DNA from: Candidatus Woesebacteria bacterium
GTDB lineage: Bacteria; Patescibacteriota; Microgenomatia; UBA1400; PJMF01
Assembly (NCBI GenBank): GCA_050123235.1
Contig: JASFHL010000008.1
Coordinates: 1 to 54,105, forward strand
Reading direction: 5' to 3'
Length of the DNA stretch: 54,105 bases
Below the pieces are notes generated by a model. The model made no database searches. It was given only the letters and a program-made list of their open reading frames with translations, and was not told the origin of the DNA. Both the position numbers and the translations under genes were made by a program. Below, one piece after another: positions 1 to 7,683 of the stretch (positions within the stretch are counted from its first letter, which is position 1; the number at the start of each line of letters is the position of its first letter).

Positions 1-396
1 AACAATCTTATTAGCTTCGTTTGGTCTTTGAGGAAAAGGAAGATTGGTATTGGTAGCGGCTTGGCTTGCACTTTGATCTGTTTGAGCCATAGTTTGACTT
101 TGTCCTTTAATAAAAGCAATTTGCCCAGTCTGAGCTTGTTTAACTGCCTCTTGTTCAGTGCTTTGTTGTTGGGTTTTATCAGTACTAAGCAAAGTTGTTT
201 CTGGGATAGGGATGTTTGTGGCTACTTGGCTAGTATCTACGGCTTTTTGATCTATCTGCGTTGATCCTTGTCCAGTTTGAGTAGTTGTTATTGCCCCTTT
301 GGGTTTCATTCTAATAATAATAGAAGCACCTCCGTCTTCCATGTCAGCGATATCACTAGAGATGTCAAAAAGGTTTGAAAACTTTCGATTAGCCAT
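1..396 (-). CDS. hypothetical protein, N-terminal 132 codons only (C-terminus lies beyond the window start)
   Basis: Absent from the ORF track because it runs off the edge. ATG at 396-394 on the minus strand. The frame is open to nt 1, with no tta/cta/tca triplets in that frame. Translation is MANRKFSNLFDISSDIADMEDGG...LPFPQRPNEANKIV. The last residues repeat the LPPKPTEANKIVG linker/domain junction of the adjacent PrgI-like protein. Confidence 0.6.
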   Translation of the reverse strand, partial: MANRKFSNLFDISSDIADMEDGGASIIIRMKPKGAITTTQTGQGSTQIDQKAVDTSQVATNIPIPETTLLSTDKTQQQSTEQEAVKQAQTGQIAFIKGQSQTMAQTDQSASQAATNTNLPFPQRPNEANKIV

Positions 397-484
397 AAGT
401 TCATCTTACTAGATTTTTGCCAATATAATCAAGATAGGGAAAGATTAATTGATTTTTAAAAAAACAAAAAATTATTTAACTTTT

Positions 485-1567
485 TTAATTTAGGCTTTTA
501 ATAACGATTGGATCTATAATTTTCCCTTTAGCAACTACTTTTTGAGTTGGGAATTGAAGTTGATCTTTTTCAACTTTGATTAAATAATCATCATTCTCTA
601 GAGGAGTTGAAGTGAAGAAATGACCCAAACTATTACTTTTAATTGCTCTGACGATCTCACCTTCAGAATTTTCTATTTCAATAATAGCATCAGCAATAAT
701 TTCATTGTTGGGATTAACTATGGCTCCGACAATTTTATTAGCCTCCGTTGGCTTGGGAGGAAGCGATAAATTGCTTGTTAGATGTTTGTTATTTGTTAGT
801 TGAGTATTTCCTTTATCTGTAGCAACTTTGGCAGCTGCTACTTGATTAGCCAAAGGAGGAAAAATTTGTTTTTCTTGCTTGCTAGGGGATTGAGTTGTTA
901 CTGAGATTGTATTTTGATTTACTGGCTGACTTGTTGTTATTGTGTCTGTTTGATTAGTATAAGCAGTATTGTTGTCAGTGTTATTTATAACAGCTTGATT
1001 CATTTCAGGAGCCTTTAAAGTTCTGACTCTGGTTTTAAGTTGAGGTTTTTGTTTCATCTTTTTTACATTGCTATAGTTAACTTGAACTGTTTGAAATGAA
1101 GCCATAATATTATTTACTTTTTCTTGGTCGGTATCTTCCCAATCTTGAATAGAGCTTTGTTTATTGATCGAGCTAAGATACTCTTTGATTCTTTGTCTTC
1201 TTGCTGGAGTAAGATCAATCACAGCTTCTTGCTCTTTGATGATTTTTTTTCGTTCGTAGAGAAAAGGAGTTGGAACAAAAGCTTCTCTTTTCCAAAAAAA
1301 CTGGGTGGGTTTATATAAAACTTTTAAAAAGGTGGTTAACCAGTGATCCAAAGGTCGTTCTTCAATTGGTAAAAAAGCTAAAGCCAGACCTATTACAAAG
1401 CTAAGTAACATTAAAGGATATTTAATGAAGGGCAGAAGATTGGTGGCATAGAAAATAATTGCGCCAATTACTCCAAGAAAAATTTCAGCAAATTGCTTGA
1501 TCGTCATGCTGCCGATGATGTGAAATCTATAGCCAGTGATGTCTTGTGGAATTGGATGTTCGCGCAT
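485..1567 (-). CDS. PrgI-family (VirB3-like) T4SS membrane protein with an extra C-terminal beta-sandwich-like domain
   Basis: The N-terminus HPIPQDITGYRFHIIGSMTIKQFAEIFLGVIGAIIFY plus a second hydrophobic helix matches the PrgI-family pattern. A Q/T/N-rich linker follows. The C-terminal ~85 aa (KIVGAIVNPNNEIIADAIIEIENSEGEIVRAIKSNSLGHFF...DYLIKV) resembles a carboxypeptidase-regulatory-like fold. Confidence 0.7.
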   Translation of the reverse strand: MREHPIPQDITGYRFHIIGSMTIKQFAEIFLGVIGAIIFYATNLLPFIKYPLMLLSFVIGLALAFLPIEERPLDHWLTTFLKVLYKPTQFFWKREAFVPTPFLYERKKIIKEQEAVIDLTPARRQRIKEYLSSINKQSSIQDWEDTDQEKVNNIMASFQTVQVNYSNVKKMKQKPQLKTRVRTLKAPEMNQAVINNTDNNTAYTNQTDTITTSQPVNQNTISVTTQSPSKQEKQIFPPLANQVAAAKVATDKGNTQLTNNKHLTSNLSLPPKPTEANKIVGAIVNPNNEIIADAIIEIENSEGEIVRAIKSNSLGHFFTSTPLENDDYLIKVEKDQLQFPTQKVVAKGKIIDPIVIKSLN

Positions 1568-1668
1568 TAGATTAATTCCATTTTAACAGTAATCAGGAAG
1601 AATTGACCAGAGGGAGATCTTTTTGAGCTCTGAGCTTGGAGAATATAATTGGTTTTTTAGGCTTGGTT

Positions 1669-2631
1669 TTATTTGGCAGAAGTTTGGACAGCCGGAGTGA
1701 TTAATTCTGCTCTTAATTCATCCCCTTTGTTATTAATCAGAGTACCTTTGAATCGATAAAAAGGATAAGCAATTTTTAACTCATCATCAATCCTATATTC
1801 CAAAGAAACTTGGGTAAGCATTCCTGAAGCAATTTCTTCCAAAGAAAGAGAGCCGTGTCCTTCGTAATAAGCAAAAACAATTGAGGCTTTATTTTGATTA
1901 ATGTTTTCAATTGCTTGGTCAATACTAATAGATTTAGCTTTAGCAGAAATAGTGAGATTAACAAAAAAGGGTTGAAAAGTGAGTTTTTGAATTTGATAGT
2001 TTGAATTTAACATGACTTTAAAGGGAAAATCTTCACTATGAGCATAAAAAACAGGAATACCATTCAATTTATAAGTGAAAGGAATTTCCATGATTTCTGC
2101 ATCTGCCTCACTGCTTTCTTCTAGGTGAAAGCCAGCTTTAAAAAAAGAAATTTCTTTTTCTAAAGCAACTAAGCCTAGATTTGGAAAAAAATTATTAAGT
2201 AAAGTGCTGGCAGTACTAATAGCTTGTTCTTTGTTAAGAGTTTTACCAATGGGGGCTTCTTGATTGCTAACCAGAACATATTGTTGATTGTTTTTTGATA
2301 AAGAATATAAAGATCCTTGCCAAATGTTGTCAGTGCCTTCTAAGAGAGTGAGTGAGAACTGATCAGTTAATTGTTCTTCCACATAACTGGCTGTGGTTTC
2401 TGTATTCTGTGCCTGGGCCAAAGCTAGTTCAGCAGGTACGGCAAGCTGGCTGCGATCACCATTAAAAATAATGTTACTAAGTTTGCTAGTTGAGCCATAT
2501 CGATTGGTGCTAATAAATTCAGTTTCTGGCACTTTTTTATAGCCGGGAGTGAGAATTCTAATAATTACAGAGACGATTGTCACGATCGCTGCAATTACTA
2601 GTAAGTAGATAAACCATTTTGTATTTTTCAT
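1669..2631 (-). CDS. bitopic membrane protein, unknown function (possible VirB8/PrgL-position protein)
   Basis: One N-terminal TM helix (WFIYLLVIAAIVTIVSVIIRIL) followed by a ~285-aa extracytoplasmic part. No motif recognised. The functional guess rests only on its position between the hydrolase and the PrgI-like gene. Confidence 0.6.
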   Translation of the reverse strand: MKNTKWFIYLLVIAAIVTIVSVIIRILTPGYKKVPETEFISTNRYGSTSKLSNIIFNGDRSQLAVPAELALAQAQNTETTASYVEEQLTDQFSLTLLEGTDNIWQGSLYSLSKNNQQYVLVSNQEAPIGKTLNKEQAISTASTLLNNFFPNLGLVALEKEISFFKAGFHLEESSEADAEIMEIPFTYKLNGIPVFYAHSEDFPFKVMLNSNYQIQKLTFQPFFVNLTISAKAKSISIDQAIENINQNKASIVFAYYEGHGSLSLEEIASGMLTQVSLEYRIDDELKIAYPFYRFKGTLINNKGDELRAELITPAVQTSAK

Positions 2632-2651
2632 ATAATTAATATTATTTCTTC

Positions 2652-2817
2652 TTTAAAATATAAATATAGTTAATTATAAAGTCGCTCGCGGCAACGTTTT
2701 TTCTTTTTTTAAATTGCCGGGCTCACTCGGTGAAGCTCGGTAGTATATAAAGTGTCAATCTGAGCCTAGCCAGACCTCGCTTCAACGCTCCATAATTAGC
2801 TATATTTATATTTTAAA
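2652..2817 (+). ncRNA. candidate structured RNA (or ssDNA) element, copy 1 of 3
   Basis: A 26-nt arm at 2652-2677 pairs with 2792-2817: 25 Watson-Crick pairs plus T2670 opposite G2799. Core boxes are TGAAGCTC at 2731-2738 and TCGCTTCAA at 2777-2785, 38 nt apart. The element fills almost the whole 2632-2827 spacer. The strand call rests only on the G-U argument. Confidence 0.55.
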
Positions 2818-2827
2818 AAAAATAATA

Positions 2828-5800
2828 CTAATTAACTTCCCCAAAACAACTCCTTACCACCTCGTTTATATTAATAAATTCCCCATCTGGCATTAGTTTA
2901 GCAAGATCAGATTTTGTAGGGAAGTCGCTGCTTCTTGCCCCAGGATGAGCATAAAATGATCCACCTTTGCCCATTTCAAAGTGTAAGTGTGGCCCAGTTG
3001 ATCTGCCAGTGCTACCAACTCTGCCTATTATTTCACCTTCCATTACCTGTTTACAACCAGTTTCAACTTTTTGACTGAGGTGGGCAAACATAAATAAGCG
3101 ATCTTTGCCATCAATGTTTGTTTTAAGTATCAGGTGCATGCCATAACCATTGGGATCATCTGGTTTTGAACAAAGCTCACCTGCAAAAGGAGCAAAAACA
3201 GGAGTCCCCATAGGAGCAGCAATATCATAAGCGTCAGCTCCATTTCCACTGTCACTGATATGTGAAAAACTTCCAAAAGGTAATTGTTTAACAATTCCTG
3301 AAGTAGGCCAACAGCCCAAGCCTTGAGGGCATTCTCCAATGCAAACAACTTCACCAGTGATAGCGTCATCAGAGCCACTTTCATCTGCATTTTCATAAGC
3401 AAATTCAATGGTAAATTTGTTTCTGACACTAGCATGATTGTAATCTTCATCAAAAATTTCAGTGTAACTTAAGCGCAATTCTTGGCCTGGCTCTAAGACA
3501 GTACTTTGTTCAATATTATTAAAGTCATCAAAACTACGAATTTTATCTTCAATATCAGGGGTTTCTCCAGAATACATTTCTTCGTTGTGGTGGACTCTGA
3601 GCTCATCCTCGATATCAGTGATGGTGATTTTGTAATTTTCTTTTGGTTTGATAACAATGCTGTAACGAGCTTCAAAAGGGAAATTGGGATTTTCACAACG
3701 GTTGTCTTGACAACCTAAGCCTAAATCAACAGTTTTTTCAACAAATAAATACTGTGATTCTTTAAATTCACTAGTCAAAGCTGTTAAAGGGGCAGTATAT
3801 GGCAAATCAACCAAAAAGGCAGATTGAATAGCAAGCATGGTAAAAACAGTGCCCCCTATCATAATACCAACAGTGGTTAATGGTGCTGAAACTCCTACAT
3901 GACTAAAAAAAGCTTTCCAAGTGGCAATTTTTGTTACAGCAGGGGCTTTGAGTATCATTTCGGGAGTCCAAGGAGTTGTGGCTGGGGTAGTCGCTTGGGT
4001 TAAACTGGCTTTTCCAGGAACTTTGCCAACTTTGATGGTGGTGGCAGTTCTAGTGGGAACAGCTCTAGTTTTGGCAGTGGCATGTTTTCCTAGCAATTTG
4101 TGTTGAAGATCCGCTCCTTTATTAGCGCCCATGATAAAGCCAGCAGTAGCTCCAGCTGGTCCACCTGTAATAAATCCGACTGTACCTAAAGCTAATCCTC
4201 CCAAGAAGCCAAGTAAAGTAGTAGCAGCAGCAATGGTTTTAATAATGATTAAAGTAGTGGCTGCCGCAGCGCCAGCAATAATTTTGCCAATTACTTTTTC
4301 TGTTTTTTCAATAACCCTGCCAAGACCTGGAATGCGACTGGCAATTGCTTTAAACTTTACATAAGCTTCACCAGCTCCTGCCGCAACTAAATTTGCTCCA
4401 ACTCTAATGGCTGTTTCTCCGAGTTTTCCATAGGCTTTATCAGCTCCGCTTTTTATAGCAGACTTAGCTTTATTCAAACAGGAATTAGCATTTTGTCCAA
4501 AATTAGAAGCGTCTTGGTTTAGGGCGGCTAGTGCAGTTGGGCTTTCTCCAACGCCGCTATTATTTAAAGTAGTTTGAGTTTGTTCTCCATAAACTGAAAA
4601 GTCAGGATGGATAGTTTCTGCATCTACCTGTACGGCTACTGTTTGTAAATAAAAAACAGTTCTTTCTTGAACAGTCAGTTTTTGCCAGTAGCCTTCAATA
4701 GCAGCACTGCTATTTTCATCTCCAGCGGCTTGTAATTCCGAGTAAGAACTAGCACAGCGTTGTACATAAATAGCAGGGTTATGATTAATTTGGCCGTAAG
4801 CCTGCATCATGGCATCAGTCTGTTTACCAACACGCTCTGCAAATTCATCTGGGCTTGCATCTTCGTCTATTTGAAGGTGATCAATGCCGGCTCGGCCGTC
4901 GATTTTCATCACTCCAGCTCTAAAAATTTTCCAATAATCTTTTAAAAAGGGGACTAATTGACGAATTTGGTCATCTGTTAGTTCTACACCTAGTAAAGAT
5001 TGCAATTTAGATCTGATTTCTTCATTGCTGCCTTTGAGCATGCTGCTTAAAACTCGGGGAGATTGACCACTGAGCACAGCAGCTTCTATTCTGAGCGCAA
5101 TAGTGCGGGCAGTGGCAGCATCGCCAACAATAGCAGTCGCCTGGCTGATAAAGGAGTTGGTATAACTTTGACTGTCAAAACCAGGAAGCTCAGCCAGTCC
5201 TTCAAAAAAATCAGCATTACCATGAGCAAAAGACTTAAGGTGTTCTTCTAGAGTAGTCTCATTTCTAATTTTTTTAGGATCAACCTGAGCATTTCTAATT
5301 AAAGGAATTACTCCTGGGATTTGTAAAAATAGTTCATGCCCCTGTCTGGAAAGTTGATATCTTAAAGTAAGACTGTCTGGATCAGTTAAGTTAGCTAACT
5401 TCATCAATTCTTCTTTGCTTAAACCTAGAATCAAACCATTTATAATCTCAAAGGATCTTTCTCTTAAAGCAGCATAAACAGCTGGATCAAGTTGCTCCTT
5501 GTTAGTGCCTAAATAGGCCAGTGTAGATTCCAAAACCAAATCAGCATAGGCGCTAGTGAGATAGCGGGGATTAAAATAACGCGGGTCGATTAGTCCTGAA
5601 GGTTCTTCTGCGGGTGGTGGTGGGGGAGGAGGAACTGGGACTTCAGCTTCTTTTTCGACTTCTGGCGGCCCTTCCTCAGTTTCTTCTTTCTTTTTTTCTT
5701 TTTTAGCTCTTTTTTCTTCACCCTCTTCGGGTTCCTCTTCCTCTGGCTCTTCCTTTTTTTCAGGGATTTCGCTGATTAAACTTAAGTAAACCTGATAAAG

Positions 5801-6292
5801 AGCTTGGGCTACGTTTTGAATAATCGCTGCTTTTACCTGTTTTGTGACAGCTGTTCTGTCTACTTGAGAGAGAGTCTGCCCGGCTGTTCTGTCTACTTGA
5901 GAGAGAGTCTGCCCGGCAGTGATTTTGATAGTGCCAGTGTTTATTTCTCCCATGGCTGCTTCAATTGCTCGGCGATTGTCTGCTCTTTTGGTTTTTTCTT
6001 CGTCATCAGCGTTTGGGGGAATATCATCATTTAGTTCAGTGATGGCAGCTGCGATTTGCCTGAGAAAGACCACTAAGTCTGCCATGCAAATATTTTCATT
6101 TGGGTCAAAAGCAGGCACTGGCTGGAAAGAAAAAGTGAAATTTTGTCCTTTATCAAAACCTCTCAGGTCTGCTGTAATTTCTAGATCAGCTTTGACTTCG
6201 TTTTCAGCAAGAAAGGCTAGCAGATCTGGCCAATTAAGAAAATCAGCAGCTAGTTGTTTTAAAGTATATGGTTTAGTTGCTTCATCAGCCAT
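2828..6292 (-). CDS. large membrane-anchored M23 family metallopeptidase (T4SS-associated cell-wall hydrolase candidate)
   Basis: 1154 aa. The ~650-aa N-terminal part has no signal peptide and contains an E/K/P-rich linker (PVPPPPPPPAEEP). A Gly/Ala-rich TM region follows (IIAGAAAATTLIIIKTIAAATTLLGFLGGLALGTVGFITGG; VGIMIGGTVFTMLAIQSAFLV). The C-terminus carries the M23 signature GRVGSTGRSTGPHLHFEMGKGG. Confidence 0.85.
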   Translation of the reverse strand: MADEATKPYTLKQLAADFLNWPDLLAFLAENEVKADLEITADLRGFDKGQNFTFSFQPVPAFDPNENICMADLVVFLRQIAAAITELNDDIPPNADDEEKTKRADNRRAIEAAMGEINTGTIKITAGQTLSQVDRTAGQTLSQVDRTAVTKQVKAAIIQNVAQALYQVYLSLISEIPEKKEEPEEEEPEEGEEKRAKKEKKKEETEEGPPEVEKEAEVPVPPPPPPPAEEPSGLIDPRYFNPRYLTSAYADLVLESTLAYLGTNKEQLDPAVYAALRERSFEIINGLILGLSKEELMKLANLTDPDSLTLRYQLSRQGHELFLQIPGVIPLIRNAQVDPKKIRNETTLEEHLKSFAHGNADFFEGLAELPGFDSQSYTNSFISQATAIVGDAATARTIALRIEAAVLSGQSPRVLSSMLKGSNEEIRSKLQSLLGVELTDDQIRQLVPFLKDYWKIFRAGVMKIDGRAGIDHLQIDEDASPDEFAERVGKQTDAMMQAYGQINHNPAIYVQRCASSYSELQAAGDENSSAAIEGYWQKLTVQERTVFYLQTVAVQVDAETIHPDFSVYGEQTQTTLNNSGVGESPTALAALNQDASNFGQNANSCLNKAKSAIKSGADKAYGKLGETAIRVGANLVAAGAGEAYVKFKAIASRIPGLGRVIEKTEKVIGKIIAGAAAATTLIIIKTIAAATTLLGFLGGLALGTVGFITGGPAGATAGFIMGANKGADLQHKLLGKHATAKTRAVPTRTATTIKVGKVPGKASLTQATTPATTPWTPEMILKAPAVTKIATWKAFFSHVGVSAPLTTVGIMIGGTVFTMLAIQSAFLVDLPYTAPLTALTSEFKESQYLFVEKTVDLGLGCQDNRCENPNFPFEARYSIVIKPKENYKITITDIEDELRVHHNEEMYSGETPDIEDKIRSFDDFNNIEQSTVLEPGQELRLSYTEIFDEDYNHASVRNKFTIEFAYENADESGSDDAITGEVVCIGECPQGLGCWPTSGIVKQLPFGSFSHISDSGNGADAYDIAAPMGTPVFAPFAGELCSKPDDPNGYGMHLILKTNIDGKDRLFMFAHLSQKVETGCKQVMEGEIIGRVGSTGRSTGPHLHFEMGKGGSFYAHPGARSSDFPTKSDLAKLMPDGEFININEVVRSCFGEVN
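5851..5916. repeat. perfect 33-bp tandem duplication inside the M23 gene
   Basis: ctgttctgtctacttgagagagagtctgcccgg occurs at 5851-5883 and again at 5884-5916. It is in frame and encodes TAGQTLSQVDR twice. Confidence 0.95.
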
Positions 6293-6347
6293 GCTTTTAA
6301 TTATACTGCAAAGCCAAGGAAGAAGGGAATTGAGGTTTTTTAAATTC

Positions 6348-6403
6348 TTGACAGAGAGCTTAATTTGTAATAAAATATTATTTATATGAATTTATTACAA
6401 ATT
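6348..6403 (+). promoter_or_regulatory. sigma70-like promoter plus inverted-repeat operator of the AbrB/PIN operon (near-leaderless)
   Basis: TTGACA at 6348-6353, a 17-nt spacer, then TAAAAT at 6371-6376. The ATG is at 6386. The 13-nt inverted repeat aatttgtaataaa (6362-6374) / tttattacaaatt (6391-6403) brackets the -10 box and the start codon. Confidence 0.6.
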
Positions 6404-6682
6404 TCTTATACAAATTGTAAAGGTCAACTGGTTATTCCTAAGGCTTTTAGGGATAAATTAGGGATCAATAAAAATAAAGCTTTAATAATTAACTTGCAGG
6501 GTAATAGTATTTTGATTTCACCAATAGAAGAAGTAATTAGTAAGGCAGATCAAGAATCATCATATTTGGATGTGCTTAAAAAAACACAAGGAACTTGGGG
6601 AAAAGATGATTGGTCTGCTCAAAGAAAAAAAAAGAGACAATTAGAATTAAAAGCTTCTAAAACCAGAAAGAAACAATGGTGA
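6386..6682 (+). CDS. AbrB/MazE/SpoVT-family antitoxin
   Basis: The N-terminal GQLVIPKAFRDKLGI looped-hinge-helix motif is present. It overlaps the downstream PIN gene by 7 nt (ATGGTGA). Confidence 0.8.
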   Translation: MNLLQISYTNCKGQLVIPKAFRDKLGINKNKALIINLQGNSILISPIEEVISKADQESSYLDVLKKTQGTWGKDDWSAQRKKKRQLELKASKTRKKQW

Positions 6683-7065
6683 TTTTTGATACTAATATTA
6701 TTATTGATCACCTCAGAATTTCTGGGAAAAAGAAAAGTTTATTATTACAGTTTGCAGAAAAATCTCCAAAAGAAAGTTTTGCTATATCAATGTTAACGGT
6801 GCAAGAACTCTATGAAGGACAAAGCACTCGTGATAGCGATAAAGAAGCAGCTTTATTAGCCACCATTAGTCCACTTAAGATTCTTACTTATAATTATGAA
6901 ATTGCTAAATTGGCAGGCAAGATTGCTAGAGATTTAAAAAGATCAATTGAACTAGCTGATGCAGCCATTGCGGCTACGGTAATAATGAATAATGCTGAGC
7001 TCTTGACTTTGAATGCGAAAGATTTTAGAGGAATTAAAGGTTTAGAATTGGTGAATAGGAGTTAA
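6676..7065 (+). CDS. vapC: PIN-domain toxin (VapC-like)
   Basis: The N-terminal VIFDTNIIIDHL contains the first acidic residue. Later E and D residues appear in the PIN pattern (QELYEG; LADAAIAATV; LLTLNAKDF). It is translationally coupled to the antitoxin. Confidence 0.85.
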   Translation: MVIFDTNIIIDHLRISGKKKSLLLQFAEKSPKESFAISMLTVQELYEGQSTRDSDKEAALLATISPLKILTYNYEIAKLAGKIARDLKRSIELADAAIAATVIMNNAELLTLNAKDFRGIKGLELVNRS

Positions 7066-7281
7066 AATACAAAGTTTAAAAAAGTTATATTAGTATATAA
7101 TAAGAACTAATAAAAACAGATACAAGGAGTCAAATGTCTGGTAGATAACGAACTGAAGCAAAGAATAATAACTTACCTTGCGAGCACTGATAGCACACTG
7201 CGTAGTTTTTGGGAAAAGAAATTCAACGTAAAACCAGCTTCAATTGAGCAAATAATTAGTGAAGGGATATTACCCGCTTGG

Positions 7282-7647
7282 GTGATTGCTAATGAGCCGT
7301 TCTGGGCTTACCTACTCCTCCAATTAGAGCATCAAGAATTTGGAAATGAAATAATGGGAATCGCCTTATCACTTGCTTATAACCCAGATTTTATCAGTGG
7401 ATCGGCAGCAGCGTACCATAGAAACATTTTTAATGCTGCAAGAGAAATTGTTGTAAGAAAAAGAGCCGCAGCTAGTCAAGTTTGGCGTAGGGTAGGTCGA
7501 GAAGATGATCAAAAGCGAACTGAGAATTTATTAAGACAAATTGCTCAGCTATTAGCTGATCAAGAAATGGACTCTTATGATAAATATCAACAAGTTAGCA
7601 TGAGAGTAACAGCTTTAAAGATGATTATTATTCCTGGACAGAGATAA
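7282..7647 (+). CDS. hypothetical protein (probably longer at the N-terminus)
   Basis: GTG-started ORF from the track. The same frame is open back to 7114, and a strong SD sits at 7124-7129 (see finding). Confidence 0.5.
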   Translation: MIANEPFWAYLLLQLEHQEFGNEIMGIALSLAYNPDFISGSAAAYHRNIFNAAREIVVRKRAAASQVWRRVGREDDQKRTENLLRQIAQLLADQEMDSYDKYQQVSMRVTALKMIIIPGQR

Positions 7648-7683
7648 AGGAATTTTTAAATTCTGGCCTTAGTTATTTCTAAT

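Noticed and set aside
2652-2817. Interpreting the three long-stem elements as MITEs or IS remnants
   Set aside because: MITE copies share their terminal inverted repeats. Here the 25-26-bp arms are unrelated between copies while the internal boxes and the 38-nt spacing are conserved. No transposase and no obvious target-site duplications are present.
3130-6389. Short ORFs nested in or antisense to the M23 gene (3130-3453, 3493-3696, 3506-3718, 3921-4106, 4131-4364, 4760-4945, 5063-5251, 5804-6034, 5919-6389)
   Set aside because: They lie entirely within a long, motif-supported CDS and have low-complexity or shadow-frame composition. I treat the analogous nested ORFs inside the other long genes the same way (for example 13372-13776, 18500-18923, 20091-20423, 34119-34523, 38348-39308 and 52204-53680).
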